Part shown: positions 46,454-59,585 of the stretch, piece by piece
Layout of the letters: the number at the start of each line of letters is the position of its first letter
How positions within the stretch are numbered: position 1 is the stretch's first letter
DNA from: Centroscyllium fabricii
Taxonomy: Eukaryota
Direction: 5' to 3'
DNA: 64,000 bases
Assembly (NCBI GenBank): GCA_051313645.2
Contig: JBNRSN020000006.1
Coordinates: 78,058,001-78,122,000, forward strand
Notes under the pieces: model-generated
Databases searched by the model: none
The model's input: only the letters and a program-made list of their open reading frames with translations
Told to the model about the DNA's origin: nothing
Made by a program: the position numbers and the translations under genes

Positions 46454-48079
46454 TATAGGATTCTCAAAATTCCCACGCCCCTCGTAGCTATTAATAATAA
46501 AACCTCACAGAGAAAAGGACTTCCAGCAAAAGGCCATGGTCTAAGGGGTATGGAATGTGCCATACCTGAAACTAGGAAGCCAGTCTTGCATCCCAGACAG
46601 ACAGCAAGGAGTTCAATACACTCCAAGGCCAACAGGCGCCGGAGATGGTTTGATCTCGCAAAGTTGAAAATGATTAAAACTGGTGTATAAATAAGCACCT
46701 ATGACTAAATTGGCCATGAAGGCAGAAACCAGTAACTCGTACTTTTGCATAACTAAACACTCAAAACCTCAGAACAATTCAAACCCCGATACTGGACAGT
46801 TAACGGCTCCCAGAACAAAGCAGCCAAAAACAGCATGGCCATTAAGGAAGGAGACCACCACCCTGAAACTCAATAAGGTGGATGGCCATAATCGATTTTA
46901 CGGGCCCGCCAAAATGTTGACAAAAGCCTGGCTTTGATTTGGTGTGAGATAAGAGACACAGATTTTGTATAACTGTAAGGCCCCAAAAGCAAGCAGGCAG
47001 GCAGATACTTGACAGGAGATTCAGAACACGAGAAGACAACGCAATAAGGAAGCAGCGAAGCATCTGGGCAGGAGGACAAGCAGTACCAACAACCAACAAG
47101 ACCAGAAAACAAAACCCGAAGTCCCTGTACGTAATTTAAAGGGCTGGGTAAAAGCTACTCTCTCTGAACAAAGCAAGAAAGAGTAATCAATCAGAAACAG
47201 GTATCACGCAGTTCCTGAGGGAGAGAGACCACATGACAGCGGCAGACCCTTCGGGACAAGAAGAAGCAAACTCCAAACTCTCAACTGCAGTGGCAGAACT
47301 TGGCTTGGTGAGCAGGAATCCCTGGGCTTCTCATAGCCAAATCTAGTTAGGTAGTAGGGGTGGGACCAGGTAAAAGGGGAGTAAATTTAACTGATTTTTC
47401 CCTCGTGTTGTATGTTTCCTATTCCCAGTTATTAGAAACATAGAATTATAGAAGATAGGAGCAGGAGTAGGCCATTTGGCCCTTCGAGCCTGCTCCGCCA
47501 TTCAATGAGATCATGGCTGATCATCCAAACCCAGCACCCCCCTCCTACCCTCTCCCCATATCCCCCCAATTCTAAGAGCTATCACATATCCCACCCTATC
47601 CCCGTAACCCCCACATATTTAATCCCCCTAACACTAAGGGTCAATTTATCATGGCCAATCAACCTAACCCGCACATCTTTGGACTGTGGGAGGAAACCGG
47701 AGCACCCGGAGGAAACCCACGCAGACACCGGGAGAATGTGCAAACTCCATACAGATAGGACCAGAGGCCGGATTTGAACCCGGGTCTCTAGCGCTGTGAG
47801 GCAACAGTGCTAACCACTATGCCACCGTGCCGCCCTATTGGATCTTGTTTATAAGTTTAGCCCTGTAAGTTAACTTGACATGATTTTCTCTCTCTTATAA
47901 AGTTTGATTGTGATGATTTTTAATAAAAAGCCGTTTTCTTGCACCAAACCCGTTGTCTACTCCAATTTTGTATCACAAACCTGCATCTAAGTCCAGTGTC
48001 TAGAACCTCGGGCGTGGGAGTGATTCGAACCGCTCCGGTAGTCAGTGGCAAAGCTGACCCAAAGAGGCCACCCACTACA
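46454..48079 (+). mobile_element. Long solo LTR (about 1.2 kb without the SINE), probably ERV- or Gypsy-derived
   Basis: 4-bp TSD ACCC (46450-46453, 48080-48083). Ends tatag...ctaca (TG decayed to TA). AATAAA near 47922. The Harbinger frame rejoins across it. Confidence 0.72.
47434..47835 (-). mobile_element. HE1-like SINE with subfamily A body and subfamily B tail
   Basis: A-type head and V-domain, but tail cttagaattgggggatatggggagagggtaggagggggg-tgctggg is as in B copies. Confidence 0.85.
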
Positions 48080-48429
48080 ACCCCTTTTTCCAACCTGGCA
48101 GGGATAGTTGAGCATGGTTGCTCAGGATCAAGAGCGACCCCCTTCAACCATGACTCATGCACCCTCTACACCACACCACCATGCCTGAGCAAATCGGGTA
48201 TAACGACAGCCATGCCAGCAAACGGAGGGTCCTTCAGCTCTGTATCTGGCTCCTGAAACAATGCTTCAAGTGCCTTGATAGATCCAGGGGCTCCCTTCCA
48301 TATATGCTCTGGCCAGAGTCTCTTGTAAATGGTTTGCCGCGTCCTGCACAACATCGCCATTCAAGAGTGGATTGGAGTTGCAGGAGGCAGACAAACAAAA
48401 AAGATTCCTTCTCTGATGAGCAGGTGTTT

Positions 48430-51400
48430 GTTTTTATGGGATGTGGGCAAGACCAGCATTTATTGTCCGTCCCTAATTGCCCTTGAGACGGTGGTGGTGA
48501 GCCGCCGCCTTGAACCGCTGCAGTCCGTGTGGTGAAGGTACTCCCACAGTGCTGTTAGGTAGGGAGTTCTGGGATTTTGACCCAGTGACGATGAAGGATC
48601 AGTGGTATACTTCTAAGTCAGGATGGTGTATAACTTGGAGGGAACTTGGAGGTGGTGGTGTTCCCATGCGCCTGCTGTCCTTGTCCTTCTAGCTGGAAGA
48701 GATCGCGAGTTTGGGAGGTGCTGCCGAAGAAGCCTTGGCGAGTTGCTGCAGTACATCTTGTAGATGGTACACACTGCAGTCGTGGTACGCTGGTGGTGGA
48801 GGAAGCGGATGTTTAAGGTGGTAGAGGGGGTGCCAAAGAGGGGGTGCCAATCAAGCAGGCTGCTTTGTCCTGGATGGTCTTGAGCTTCTTGAGTGTTATT
48901 GGAGCTGTACTCATCCAGGCAAGTGGAAAATATTCCATCACACTCCTTACTTGTGCCTTGTAGATGGTAGAAAGGCTTTGTGTGGCAGGAGGTGAGACAC
49001 TCGCAGCAGAATACCCAGCCTCTGACCTGCTCTTGTTGCCACAGTATTTATGTGGCTGGCCCAGTTAAGTTTCTGGTCAATAGTGACCCCCCAGGATGTT
49101 GATGGTGGAGGATTCGGTGATGGCAATGCCATTGAGCGGTGTTTAGACTCTTGCTTATTGGAGATTGTCATTGCCTGGCATCTCTGTGGCACAAATGTTA
49201 CCTGCCACTTACCAGCCCAAGCCTTTTTTTAAAATTCATTGATGGGATGTGGGTGTCGCTGGCTGGCGAGGCCTGCATTTAGTGCCCATCCCTAATTGCC
49301 CCTGAGAAGATGGTGGTGAGCCACCTTGAACCGCTGCAGTCCATATGGTGTAGGTACACCCACAATGTTGTTAGGAAGGGAGTTCCAGGATTTTGGCCCA
49401 GCGACAGTGAAGGAGCGGCGATACAGGTCCAAGTCAGGATGGTGTGTGGCTTGGAGGGGAACTTGTAGGTGGTGCTGTTCCCATGCGTCTGCTGCCCTTG
49501 TCCTTCTAAGTGGTAGAGGTCGCGGGTTTGGAAGGTGCTGTTGAAGGAGCTTTGGCGAGTTGCTGCAGTGCATCTTGTAGATGGTACACACTGCAGCCAC
49601 AGTGCACCGGTGGTGGAGGGAGTGAATGTTGAAGGTGGTGGATGGAGTGCCAATCAAGCGGTGTCGAGCTTCTTGAGTGTTGTTGGAGCTGCACTCATCC
49701 AGGCAAGTGGAGAGTATTCCATCACACTCCTGACTTAGTGTGGTTTTGATGAAATGAGAATGGAGATAAAGGGATAAAAAGCAGTGGAAAAAGTATCTTT
49801 GGAGGAGTAAAACCCTTCTTTTGGAGTTGAAGTGAATTGGGCAGAGTTCATGATAGCACTAATTCTGTTTGGCAGTGAGAGGTATGAGCTCGATGGGTTG
49901 GATAGATGCCCTGTATTCAGTCAATTCTTCCTTATTTTCTTACACATTGAGGAAAAAGAAATAAAATTAACCCAAATTTAGCACATTGCAGAGTACAAGA
50001 GCAAGGAAGTTATGCTACACATAGAAACATAGAAGATAGGAGCAGGAGTAGGCCATTCGGCCCTTTGAGCCTGTTCAATCAGAAGATGGTTGATCATCCA
50101 AACCCAGTACCCCACCCCTGCCCCCTCCCCATATCCCTCGATCCCTATCGAGCCTGCACCGACATATATCCCACCCTATCCCCATAACCCCACATATTTA
50201 ATCCCCCTAACACTAAGGGTCAATTTATCATGGCCAATCAACCTAACCCACACATCTTTGGACTGTGGGATGAAACCGGAGCACCCGGAGGAAACCCACA
50301 CAGACACGGGGAGAATGTGCAAACTCCACATAGATAGTACCCAAGGCTGGATTTGGACCCGGGTCTCCAGAGCTGTGAGGCAACAGTGCTTTCTTTTAAT
50401 TCATTGATGGGATGTGGGTGTCGCTGGCTGGCTAGGCCTGCATTTAGTGCCCATCACTAATTGCCCTTGAGAAGATGGTGGTGAGCCACCTTCTTGAACC
50501 GCTGCAGTCCATATGGTGTAGGTACACCCACAATGTTGTTAGGAAGGGAGTTCCAGGAATTTGGCCCAGCGACAGTGAAGGAGCGGCGATACAGGTCCAA
50601 GTCAGGATGGTGTGTGGCTTGGAGGGGAACTTGTAGGTGGTGCTGTTCCCATGCGTCTGCTGCCCTTGTCCTTCTAAGTGGTGGAGGTCGCGGGTTTGGA
50701 AGGTGCTGTTGAAGGAGCTTTGGCGAGTTGCTGCAGTGCATCTTGTAGATGGTACACACTGCAGCCACAGTGCGCCGGTGGTGGAGGGAGTTAATGTTGA
50801 AGGTGGTGGTTGGAGTGCCAATCAAGCGGCCTGCTTTATCCTGAATGGTGTCGAGCTTCTTAAATGTTGTTGGAGCTGCACTCATCCAGGCAAGTGGAGA
50901 GTATTCCATCACACTCCTGACTTGTGCCTTGCAGATGGTGGAAAGGCTTTCGGGAGTCAGGAGGTGAGACACTCACCACAGAATTCCCAGCCTCTGGCCT
51001 GCTCTTGTAGCCACAGTATTTATATGGCTGGTCCAGTTCAGTTTCCGATCAATGGTAACCCCCAGGATGTTGATAGTGGGGGATTCAGCGATGATAATGC
51101 CATTGAATGTCAAGGGGAGATGGTTAGAGTCTCGCTTGTTGGAGATGGTCATTGCCTGGCACTTGTGTGGTGCGAATGTTACTTGCCACTTGTCAGCCCA
51201 AGTCTGAATGTTGTCCAGGTCTTGCTACATATGGACACGAACTGCGTCAGTATCTGCCGAGTCTCAAATGGTGCTGAACAGTGTGCAATCATCAGCGAAC
51301 ATCCCCACTTCTGACCTTATGATGGAGGGAATGTCATTGATGAAACAGCTGAAGATGGTTGGGCCTAGGACACTGCCCTGAGGAACTCCTGCAGTGATGT

Positions 51401-51720
51401 CCTGTGGTTGAGATGAATGACCTCCAACAACCACAGCCAACTTCCTTTGTGCTAGGTATGATTCCAACCAATGGAGAGTTTTTCCCTTGATTCCCATTGA
51501 CTTCAGCTTTGCCAGGGCTCCTTGATGCCACACTCGATCAAATGCTGCCTTGATGTCAAGGGCAGTCACTCTTGCCTGCACGTCATCCAAGGTTGCATAC
51601 AGGCATGGACTGCTTCATTATCTGAGGAGTTGTGAATGGCGCTGAACACTGTGCAGTCATCAGCGAGCATTCCCATTTCTGACCTTATGTTGGACAGTAA
51701 TTTCCTCTGCCACTGCCAAC
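48430..51720 (-). mobile_element. Three same-orientation 3' fragments of a CR1/L2-group LINE family (about 48430-49222, 49223-49736, 50390-51590), plus SINE A at 50020-50390
   Basis: ALDIKAAFDRVWH, GVPQGSVLGP, MFADD, VMEYSPLAW, RRSFTVAGPNSWNSLP. Confidence 0.85.
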
Positions 51721-51849
51721 CAGGCTTTCCTTGTTATCTTGCCACTTTGTAGGAACACCACTTCCCTTCTGGTCCAGACTGTTGCCAGCAACAGCTCCAG
51801 GGAGGCATCTGAAAACCTGGGGGCAACCTTGCCCCTCTTTCATCCATCT

Positions 51850-53030
51850 AACTGGTAAAATAGATAAGGGAGAACCAGTGGATGTGCTGTATTTGGATTT
51901 TCAGAATGCCTTTGATAAAGTCCCACATAAGAGGTTAGTGTGCAAAATTAAAGCACATGGAATTGGGGGTAATATACTGGCATGGATTGAAAATTTGTTA
52001 ACAGACAGGAAACAGAGAGTAGGGATAAATGGGTCTTTTTCGGGGTGGCCGGCAGTGACTAGTGGGGTATTGCAGGGTCAGTGCTTGGGCCCCAGCTATT
52101 CACAATATACATCAATGGATGAGGGAACCAAATGCAATATTTCCACGTTTGCTGACAATTCAAAACTAGGTGTGATTGTGAAGAGGATGCAAAGAGGCTT
52201 CAAGGCGATTTAGACAATTTGAGTGAGTGGGCAAATACATGGCAGATGCAGTATAACGTGGATAAATGTGAAGTTCCCCACTTCGGAACAGAAAGGTAGA
52301 GTATTATTTAAATCGTGGTAGATTGGGAAATGCTGATGTACAAAGGAGCCTGGGTGTCCTTGTACACCAGTCACTGAAAGCAAGTATGCAGGTGCAGTAA
52401 GCAGTTAGGAAGGCAAATGGTATGTTGGCCTTCATTGCAAGAGGATATGAGTACAGGAGCAAGGATTTCTTACTACAGTTATATAGGGCCTTGGCGAGAC
52501 CACACCTGAAGTATTGTGTGCAGTTTTGGTCTCCTTACCTCAAACAATATACTTGCCATTGAGGGAGTGCGACTGATTGTTGGGATGGCAGGACTGTCGT
52601 ATGAGGAAAGATTGGGTCGACTAGGCCTGTATTCACTAGAGTTTAGAAGAATGAGAGGGGATCTCATTGAAACGTATAACATTTTGACAGGGTTACACAG
52701 ACTGGATGCAGGGAGGATGTTTCCCCTGGCTGGGGTGGTCTAGAACGAGGGTCTCCAGTCTCCGGATACGGGGTAGGACATTTAGGACTGAGATGTGGTG
52801 AAATTTCTTCACTCAAAGGGTAGTGAACCTGTGGAATTCTCTATCGCAGAAGGCTGTGGAGGCCAAGTCACTGAATATATTTAAGAAGGAGATCGATAGA
52901 TTTCTAGACACAAATGGTATCGAAGGGTATGGGGAGAGAGTGGGAATATGGTATTGATAGAGGATCAGCCATGATCATAGTGCAGGCTCGAAGGGCCAAA
53001 TGGCCTACTCCTGCTCTGAGGTTTCTATCT
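51850..53030 (+). mobile_element. Decayed CR1 RT and tail
   Basis: [32 protein letters not shown]. Confidence 0.88.
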
Positions 53031-53451
53031 CCTAACCTCTGCACAGTAATAAAGCAAGCTGAAAGCAGTCTTAATATTGAATGAATACGACCTCTTAAGA
53101 GATGCATTCACCCTTTAAATAGTGGCCCAAGATTCCTGCTGGAAATTGCACATTCTATGTAGGTGGGCGGGGAGTCCGCTACCAATGCGATCGGCTAGCC
53201 TGCCCATCAAACTTACTAAAATGAAGCCTGGCAGTTTAAAATTGTCCGGGCCTTGCTTTGTTTCTGACTGTTCAGTAAAGGCATTTTCTTGGTAATTTTA
53301 AAAATGAGAGATTAGCCGGACTGAACTTTGTTTGGAAACCATGTTGGACTGAAAGGAGTCCAGTTGCCTCCCCACTAGGAGGGAATGGAAATCATGGGCT
53401 AAGTCACCCAGGGCCGTTTCTTCATCCTTCCGATATGCACACAAGTTAATA

Positions 53452-53719
53452 CAGGTACACAATCCTTTATCCGCAACTCCAAAAACCGAAGTTTTTCTTC
53501 AATTTATTTAAGAAAAAATTTATTTAAGCTTCAGCAGAAAAAACATGTTCCTACCCCATGCTGTTGATGCCGTGCTGAGGAAAAAAAGGGCCGATCTCCC
53601 CCTGCAAAGGGCCAATCTCCCCCTGCAAAGGGCCGATATGCCGTTCCCCGACTGCGAGCTGGGCCGCAAACACTCTAAAAACCGGTCCCGAGGTTTTCGG
53701 ATAAAGGGCTGTGTACCTG
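53452..53719. mobile_element. Tigger/pogo-type MITE of a second family with an internal 21-bp tandem
   Basis: TIRs caggtacacaatcctttatccg / cggataaagggctgtgtacctg (20/22) with TA on both sides. gggccgatctccccctgcaaa repeated about 2.4 times. Confidence 0.85.
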
Positions 53720-54227
53720 TAGAGCAATTAGCAGGAGCAGGTTACTCCACACCCTCATGGTTGAGGAATAACACGTGAGCTGGGGGAGAGAGACTGGAAA
53801 TTATACAAGATGCTGGTTGAACTCCCTGCTCTCCTTTTGAGTATCAACGATGGCAGCGATGAGGCTATTCCACTCTTTCTGATGAGTCATACAGACAATT
53901 GTATTTAATGTTTAAAGAAGCAAGACCCTTTTAAAAAGTGGCAAACCTGATCAATGCAGTGATCCATTTCATATTGAAATGTGTCATTCTGTCACAAAAG
54001 TCATTGCAGTGAGAATGATGCGTGGGCGTTCAAATTCTTTCCCCTCCCAGGTGATGACTGCAGAACTAAAGAATACTAATAACTGCACTCTTTTTGAAAA
54101 GGAAATTGGCACGAAGAATTACAATCAACTCCAGCACCTTTTTGGATGTTTCTATTAAGTTGACGGAGTATTTTTGCTTTGAAGGGAATATGCTACAATA
54201 ATGCTTTTGAATAGCCTTATTAAACAG

Positions 54228-54600
54228 GTACGGTAGCATAGTGGGAATGTCACTGAGAGAGTAATCCAGAGACATGAGTGCAAATCCCACCACACCAGGT
54301 GGAGAATTTAAATTCAGTTTTATTAAATAAATCTCGAATAAAAAGCTAGTATCAGTAATGGTGATAATGAAACTACCAGATTGTTGTAAAAACCCATCTG
54401 GTTCACTAGTGTCCTTTAGAGAAGGAAATCTGCTGTTCTTACCCGGTCTGGCCGATATGTGACTCCAGATCCACAGCAATGTGGTTGACTCTTAACTGGC
54501 CTCTGAAATGGCCTAGCAAGCCACTCAGTTGTAATAAACTGCTACAGAAAACAATAATGAGAATAAAACTGGACAGATCATCCCGGCATCGACCTCTGCA
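54228..54600 (+). mobile_element. Degenerate tRNA-headed retroposon (SINE, or 5' end of a LINE) of a different family
   Basis: A-box-like ggtagcatagtgg and B-box-like gagtgcaaatccc, followed by aaaaacccatctggttcactagtgtcctttagagaaggaaatctg. Confidence 0.5.
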
Positions 54601-55611
54601 CCACCCCATCTCCAACTTCCCTTTCCTCTCAAGTCCTTGAATGTGTTGTCGCCTCCCGAATCCATGCCCATCTTTCTCTCAATTCCATGTTTGAATCCCT
54701 CCAATCAGGTTTCCACCCTTGCCACAGTACCGAAACGGCTCTCCTCAAAGTCACAACTTACATCCTTTGTGACTGTGTCAAAGGTAAGCTATCCTTCCTC
54801 GTCCTACTTGACTTGTCTGCAGCCTTTGACACGGTTGACCACTCCATCCTTCTCTAGTGCCTCTCCACAGCCATCCAGCTGGGTGGGTCTGCACTCGCCT
54901 GGCTCCATTCTTATCTCTCTAATCCTAGCCAGAGAATCATCTGCAACGGTTTCTCTTCCCGCTCCCGCATCGTTACCTCTGGTGTCCCCCAAGGATCTAT
55001 CCTTGGCCCCCCTCTTATTTCTCATCTACATGTTGCCCCTCAGCGACATCATCCGAAAACACAGCGTCATAGAAACATAGATAGGAGCAGGAGTAGGCCA
55101 TTCGGCCCCTCCAGCCTGTTCCGCCATTTAATGAGATCATGGCTGATCATCCAAATTCAGTACCCTGTCCCTGCTTTCTCTCCATATCCCTTGATCCCTT
55201 TAGCCTTAAGAAATATATCTAACTCCTTCTTGAATATATTTAATGAATTGGCCTCCACTGCCTTCTGTGGCAGAGAATTCCACAGGTTCACCACTCTCTG
55301 GGTGAAGAAATTTCTCCATCATCTCAGTCCTTAAAGGTTACCCCTTATCCTTAGGCTGTGACCCCTGGTTCTGGACTCCCCTGCCATCGGGAACATCCTT
55401 CCTGCATCTAGTCTGCCTAGTCTTGTTAGAATTTTATAAGTTTCAATGAGATCCCCTCTCCTCTAAACTCTAGCGAATATAAGCCAAATCGACCCAATCT
55501 CTCCTCCCACGTCATTTCTGCCATCCCAGGTATCAGTCTGGTGAATCTTCGCTGCACTCTCTCCATGGCAAGAACATCCTTCCTCAGATAAGGCGACCAA
55601 AACTGCACACA

Positions 55612-58600
55612 TCGAAACATAGAAAATCGGTGCAGGAATAGACCATTCGGTCCTTCGAGCCTGCGTTCATGGCTGAACATGCTATCTCAGTACCCCATTC
55701 CTGCGGCAGAGAATTCCACAGATTCACCACTCTCTGGGTGAAGAAGTTCCTCCTCATCTCAGTCTTAAATGGCCTCCCCTTTATCCTTAGACTGTGACCC
55801 CTGGTTCGAGTCTTCCCTAACATTGGAAACATTCTGCCTGCATCTAACTTGTCTAAACCAGTCAGGATTTTAAACGTCTCTATAAGATCCCCCCTCATTC
55901 TTCTGAACTCCAGAGGATACAAGTTCAGTTGATCCAGTCTTTCTTGATATGTCAGTCCAGCCATCCCAGGAATCAATCTAGTGAACCTTCGCTGCACTCC
56001 CTCAATAGCAAGAATGTCCTTCCTCAAGTTAGGAGACCAAAACTGCACACAATACTCCAGGTGTGGCCTCACCAAGGCCCTGTACAACTATAGCATCACC
56101 TCCCTACTCCTGTACTCAAATCCCCTTGCTATGAAGGCCATCATGCCATTTGCTTTCTTGACCGCCTGCTGCACTTGCATTCCCACCTTCAGTGACTGAT
56201 GTACAATGACGCCCAGGTCTTGTTGCACCTCCCCTTTCCCTAACTGCCACCATTCAGATAATAGTCTGCCTCTCTATTTTTACCACTAAAGTGGATAACC
56301 TCACATTTATCTCCATTGTACTTCATCTGCCATACATTTGCCCATTCACCCAACCTGTCCAAGTCACTCTGTAGCCTCCTAGCATCCTCCTCATTGTTCA
56401 CACTGCCTCCCAATTTAGTGTCATCCGCAAATTTGGAGACACTACAATTAATCGCTTCGTCCAAATCATTAATATATAATGTAAACAGCTGGGGCCCCAG
56501 CACCGAACCCTGCGGTACCCCGCTAGTCACTGCCTGCCATTCTGAAAAGTACCCATTTACTCCTACTCTTTGTTTCCTGTGTGCCAACCAGTTCTCCATC
56601 CACTTCAACACATTACCCCCAATCCCATGTGCTTTAACTTTGCACACCAATCTCTTGTGTGGGACCTTGTCGAAAGCTTTCTGAAAGTCCAAATACACCA
56701 CATCTACTGGTTCCCCCCCGTCCACCCTATTGCAAACATCCTCAAAAAATTCCAGAAGATTTGTCAAGCATGATTTCCCTTTCACAAATCCATGCTGACT
56801 TGGACCTATCGGGGCGGCACAGTGGTTAGCACTGTTGCCTTACAGCACTGGAGACCCGGGTTCAAATCCAGCCTCAGGTACTATCTGTGTGGAGTTTGCA
56901 CATTCTCCCCGTGTCTGCGTGGGTTTCCTCCGGGTGCTCCGGTTTCCTCCCACAGTCCAAAGATGTGCGGGTTAGGTTGATTGGCCATGATAAATTGACC
57001 CTTAGTGTTAGGGGGTTTGAATATGTAGGGTTACGGGGATAGGGTGTGATATGTGTCGATGGAGGCTCGATAGGGATCGAGGGATATGGGGAGAGGGCAG
57101 GGGCGGGGTACTGGGTTTGGATGATCAGCCATGATCTCATTGAATGGCGGAGCAGGCTCGAAGGGCCGAATGGCCTACTCCTGCTCCTAGTTTCTATGTT
57201 TCTATCATGTCGCCACTTTCCAAATGGTCTGCTATGACATCCTTAATAATTGATTCCATCATTTTACCCACCACCGATGTCTAGCCTGTTTTCTCCCTCC
57301 CTCCTTTTTTAAAAAGTGGGGTTACGTTAGCCACCCTCCACTCCATCAGAACTGATCCAGAGTCTAAGGAATGTTGGAAAATGATCGTCAATGCATCCAC
57401 TATTTCCAAGGTCACCTCCTTAAGTACTCTGGGATGCAGACCATCAGGCCCTGGGGATTTATCAGCCTTCAGTCCCATCAATCTCCCCAACACCTTTTCC
57501 CGACTGATAAGGATTTCCCTCAGCTCTTCCCTCTTACCAGATCCTCTGACCCCTTTTATTTCCGGAAGGTTGTTTGTGTCCTCCTCAGTAAACACCGAAC
57601 CAAAGTACTTATTCAATTGATCTGCCATTTCTTTGTTCCCCATTATGACTTCCCCTGTTTCTGACTGCAGGGGACCTACGTTTGTTTTTACTAACCTCTT
57701 TTTACATATTTATGGAAGCTTTTGCAGTCCGTTTTAATGTTCTCTGCAAGCTTCTTTTCATATTTTATTTTCCCTGCCCTAATCAAACCCTTTGTCCTCC
57801 TCTGCTGAGTTTTAAAGTTCTCCCAGTCCCCGGGTTTGCTGCTACTTCTGGCCAATTTGTATGCCACTTCCTTGGTTTTAATACTATCCCTGATTTCCCT
57901 TGTTAGCCATGGTTGAGCCACCTTCCCTTTTTTATTTTTACACCAGACAGGGATGTACAATTGTTGTAGTTCATCCATGCGATCTCTAAATGTCTGCCAT
58001 TGCCCTTCCACTGATAACCCCTTAAATATCGCTTGCCAATCTAACCTCGCCAATTCACGCCTCATACCCTCAAAGTTGCCCTTATTTAAGTTTTGGACCA
58101 TGGTCTCTGAATTAACGGTTTCCTTCTCCATCCTAATGTAGAACTCCACCATACTATGGTCACTCTTCCCCAAGGGCCCTCGCACCACAAGATTGCTGAT
58201 TAGTCCTTCCTCATTACATAACACCCAGTCCAGGATGGCCTCCCCTCTAGTTGGTTCCTCAACATATTGGTTTAGGAAACCATCCCTTAAACACTCCAGG
58301 AAATCCTCCTCCACCGTATTGCTTCCAGTTTGAGTAGCCCAATCTATATGCATATTAAAGTCACCCATGATAACTGCTGTGCCTTTTTTGCACGCATCTC
58401 TGATTTCCTGTTTCATACCCTCCCCCACCTCACTACTACTGTTTGGAGGTCTGTACACAACATGCACTAACGTTTTCTGCCCTTTGGTGTTCTGCAGCTC
58501 CACCCATATTGATTCCACATCCTCCAAGCTAATGTCCTTCCTAGCTATTGCATTAATCTCCTCTTTAACCAGCAATGCTACCCTACCCCCTTTTCCTTTT

Positions 58601-59585
58601 ATTCTATCCTTCCTGAATGTTGAATACCCCTGGATGTTCAGTTCCCAGCCTTGATTGTTCTGGAGCCACGTCTCTGTAATCCCAATCACATCATATCCGT
58701 TAACATCTATTTGCACAGTCAATTAATCCACCTTATTACGGATACTCTTTGCATTAAGACACAGAGCATTTAGGCTTGTTTTATTAACACCCTTTGCCCT
58801 TTTAGACTTATGATTTAGTATGGCCCTTTGTGTTTCTTGCCTTTGTTTACTCGGCCTTCCCCTATTGTTTCTCACCATTCTAACATTTGTTTCTGACTGC
58901 ATATTACTTCCCCCTGTTTCGCTACATAGGTTCCCATACCCCTGCCATATTAGTTTAAATCCTCCCGAACTGCCTTAGCAAATATTACCCTAAGGACATC
59001 GGTTCCAGTCCTGCCCAAGTGCAGACCGTCCCTTTTGTACAGGTCCCACTTCCCCCCAGAACTGGTTCCAATGCCTCAGGAATTTGAATCCCTCCCTCTT
59101 GCACCACTGCTCAAGCCACGTATTTAATCTCGCTATCCTGTTCTCTCTACTCTGATTAGCACGTGGCACTGGTAGCAATCCAGAGATTACTACCTTTTGA
59201 GGTCCTACTTTTCAATTTAGCTCCTAGCTCCCTAAATTCTGCTTGTAGGACCTCTTCCTGCTTTTTACCTATATCGTTGGTACCTACATACACCACGACA
59301 GCTGGCTGTTCACCCTCCCTCTCCAGAATGTTCTGCAGCCGCTCCGAGATATCCTTGACCCTTGCACCAGGGAGGCAACATACCATCCTGGAATCTCGGT
59401 TGCGGCCACAGAAACTCCTGTCTATTCCCCTTACAATTGAGTCCCCTATCACTATAGCTCTACCACTCTTTTTCCCGCCCTGCTGTGCAGCAGAGCCAGC
59501 CATGGTGCCATGAACCGGGCTGCTGGTGCCTTCCCCTGGTAGGTCATCTCCCCCAACAGTATCCAAAACGGTATATCTGTTTTGG
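55612..59585 (-). mobile_element. Inner CR1 with SGNH-esterase ORF1 part and largely preserved ORF2; contains SINE A (56811-57203, +)
   Basis: VIGDSIVRG, VGTNDIG; 343-aa APE ORF; FADD. ACACA duplicated at the junctions; SINE flanked by CTATC. Confidence 0.9.

Larger units (their letters stand above)
45800..48420 (+). pseudogene. Harbinger (DDE_Tnp_4/HARBI1-like) transposase remnant split by a solo LTR
   Basis: VQGVIDCT, GFHS/INVQFVCNH, LRQSNIPP | LFQPGRD, YNDSHAS, LLKQCFKCLDRSRGSL, VCRVLHNIAI. Confidence 0.82.

Noticed and set aside
53878-53902. ctgatgagtcatacagacaat as a hammerhead core
   Set aside because: It lacks GAAA after stem II, and no stem I or III is evident.
54027-54160. Good splice acceptor (ttctttcccctcccag) followed by a short open frame
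   Set aside because: The peptide is unrecognisable and no paired donor or other exons were identified.
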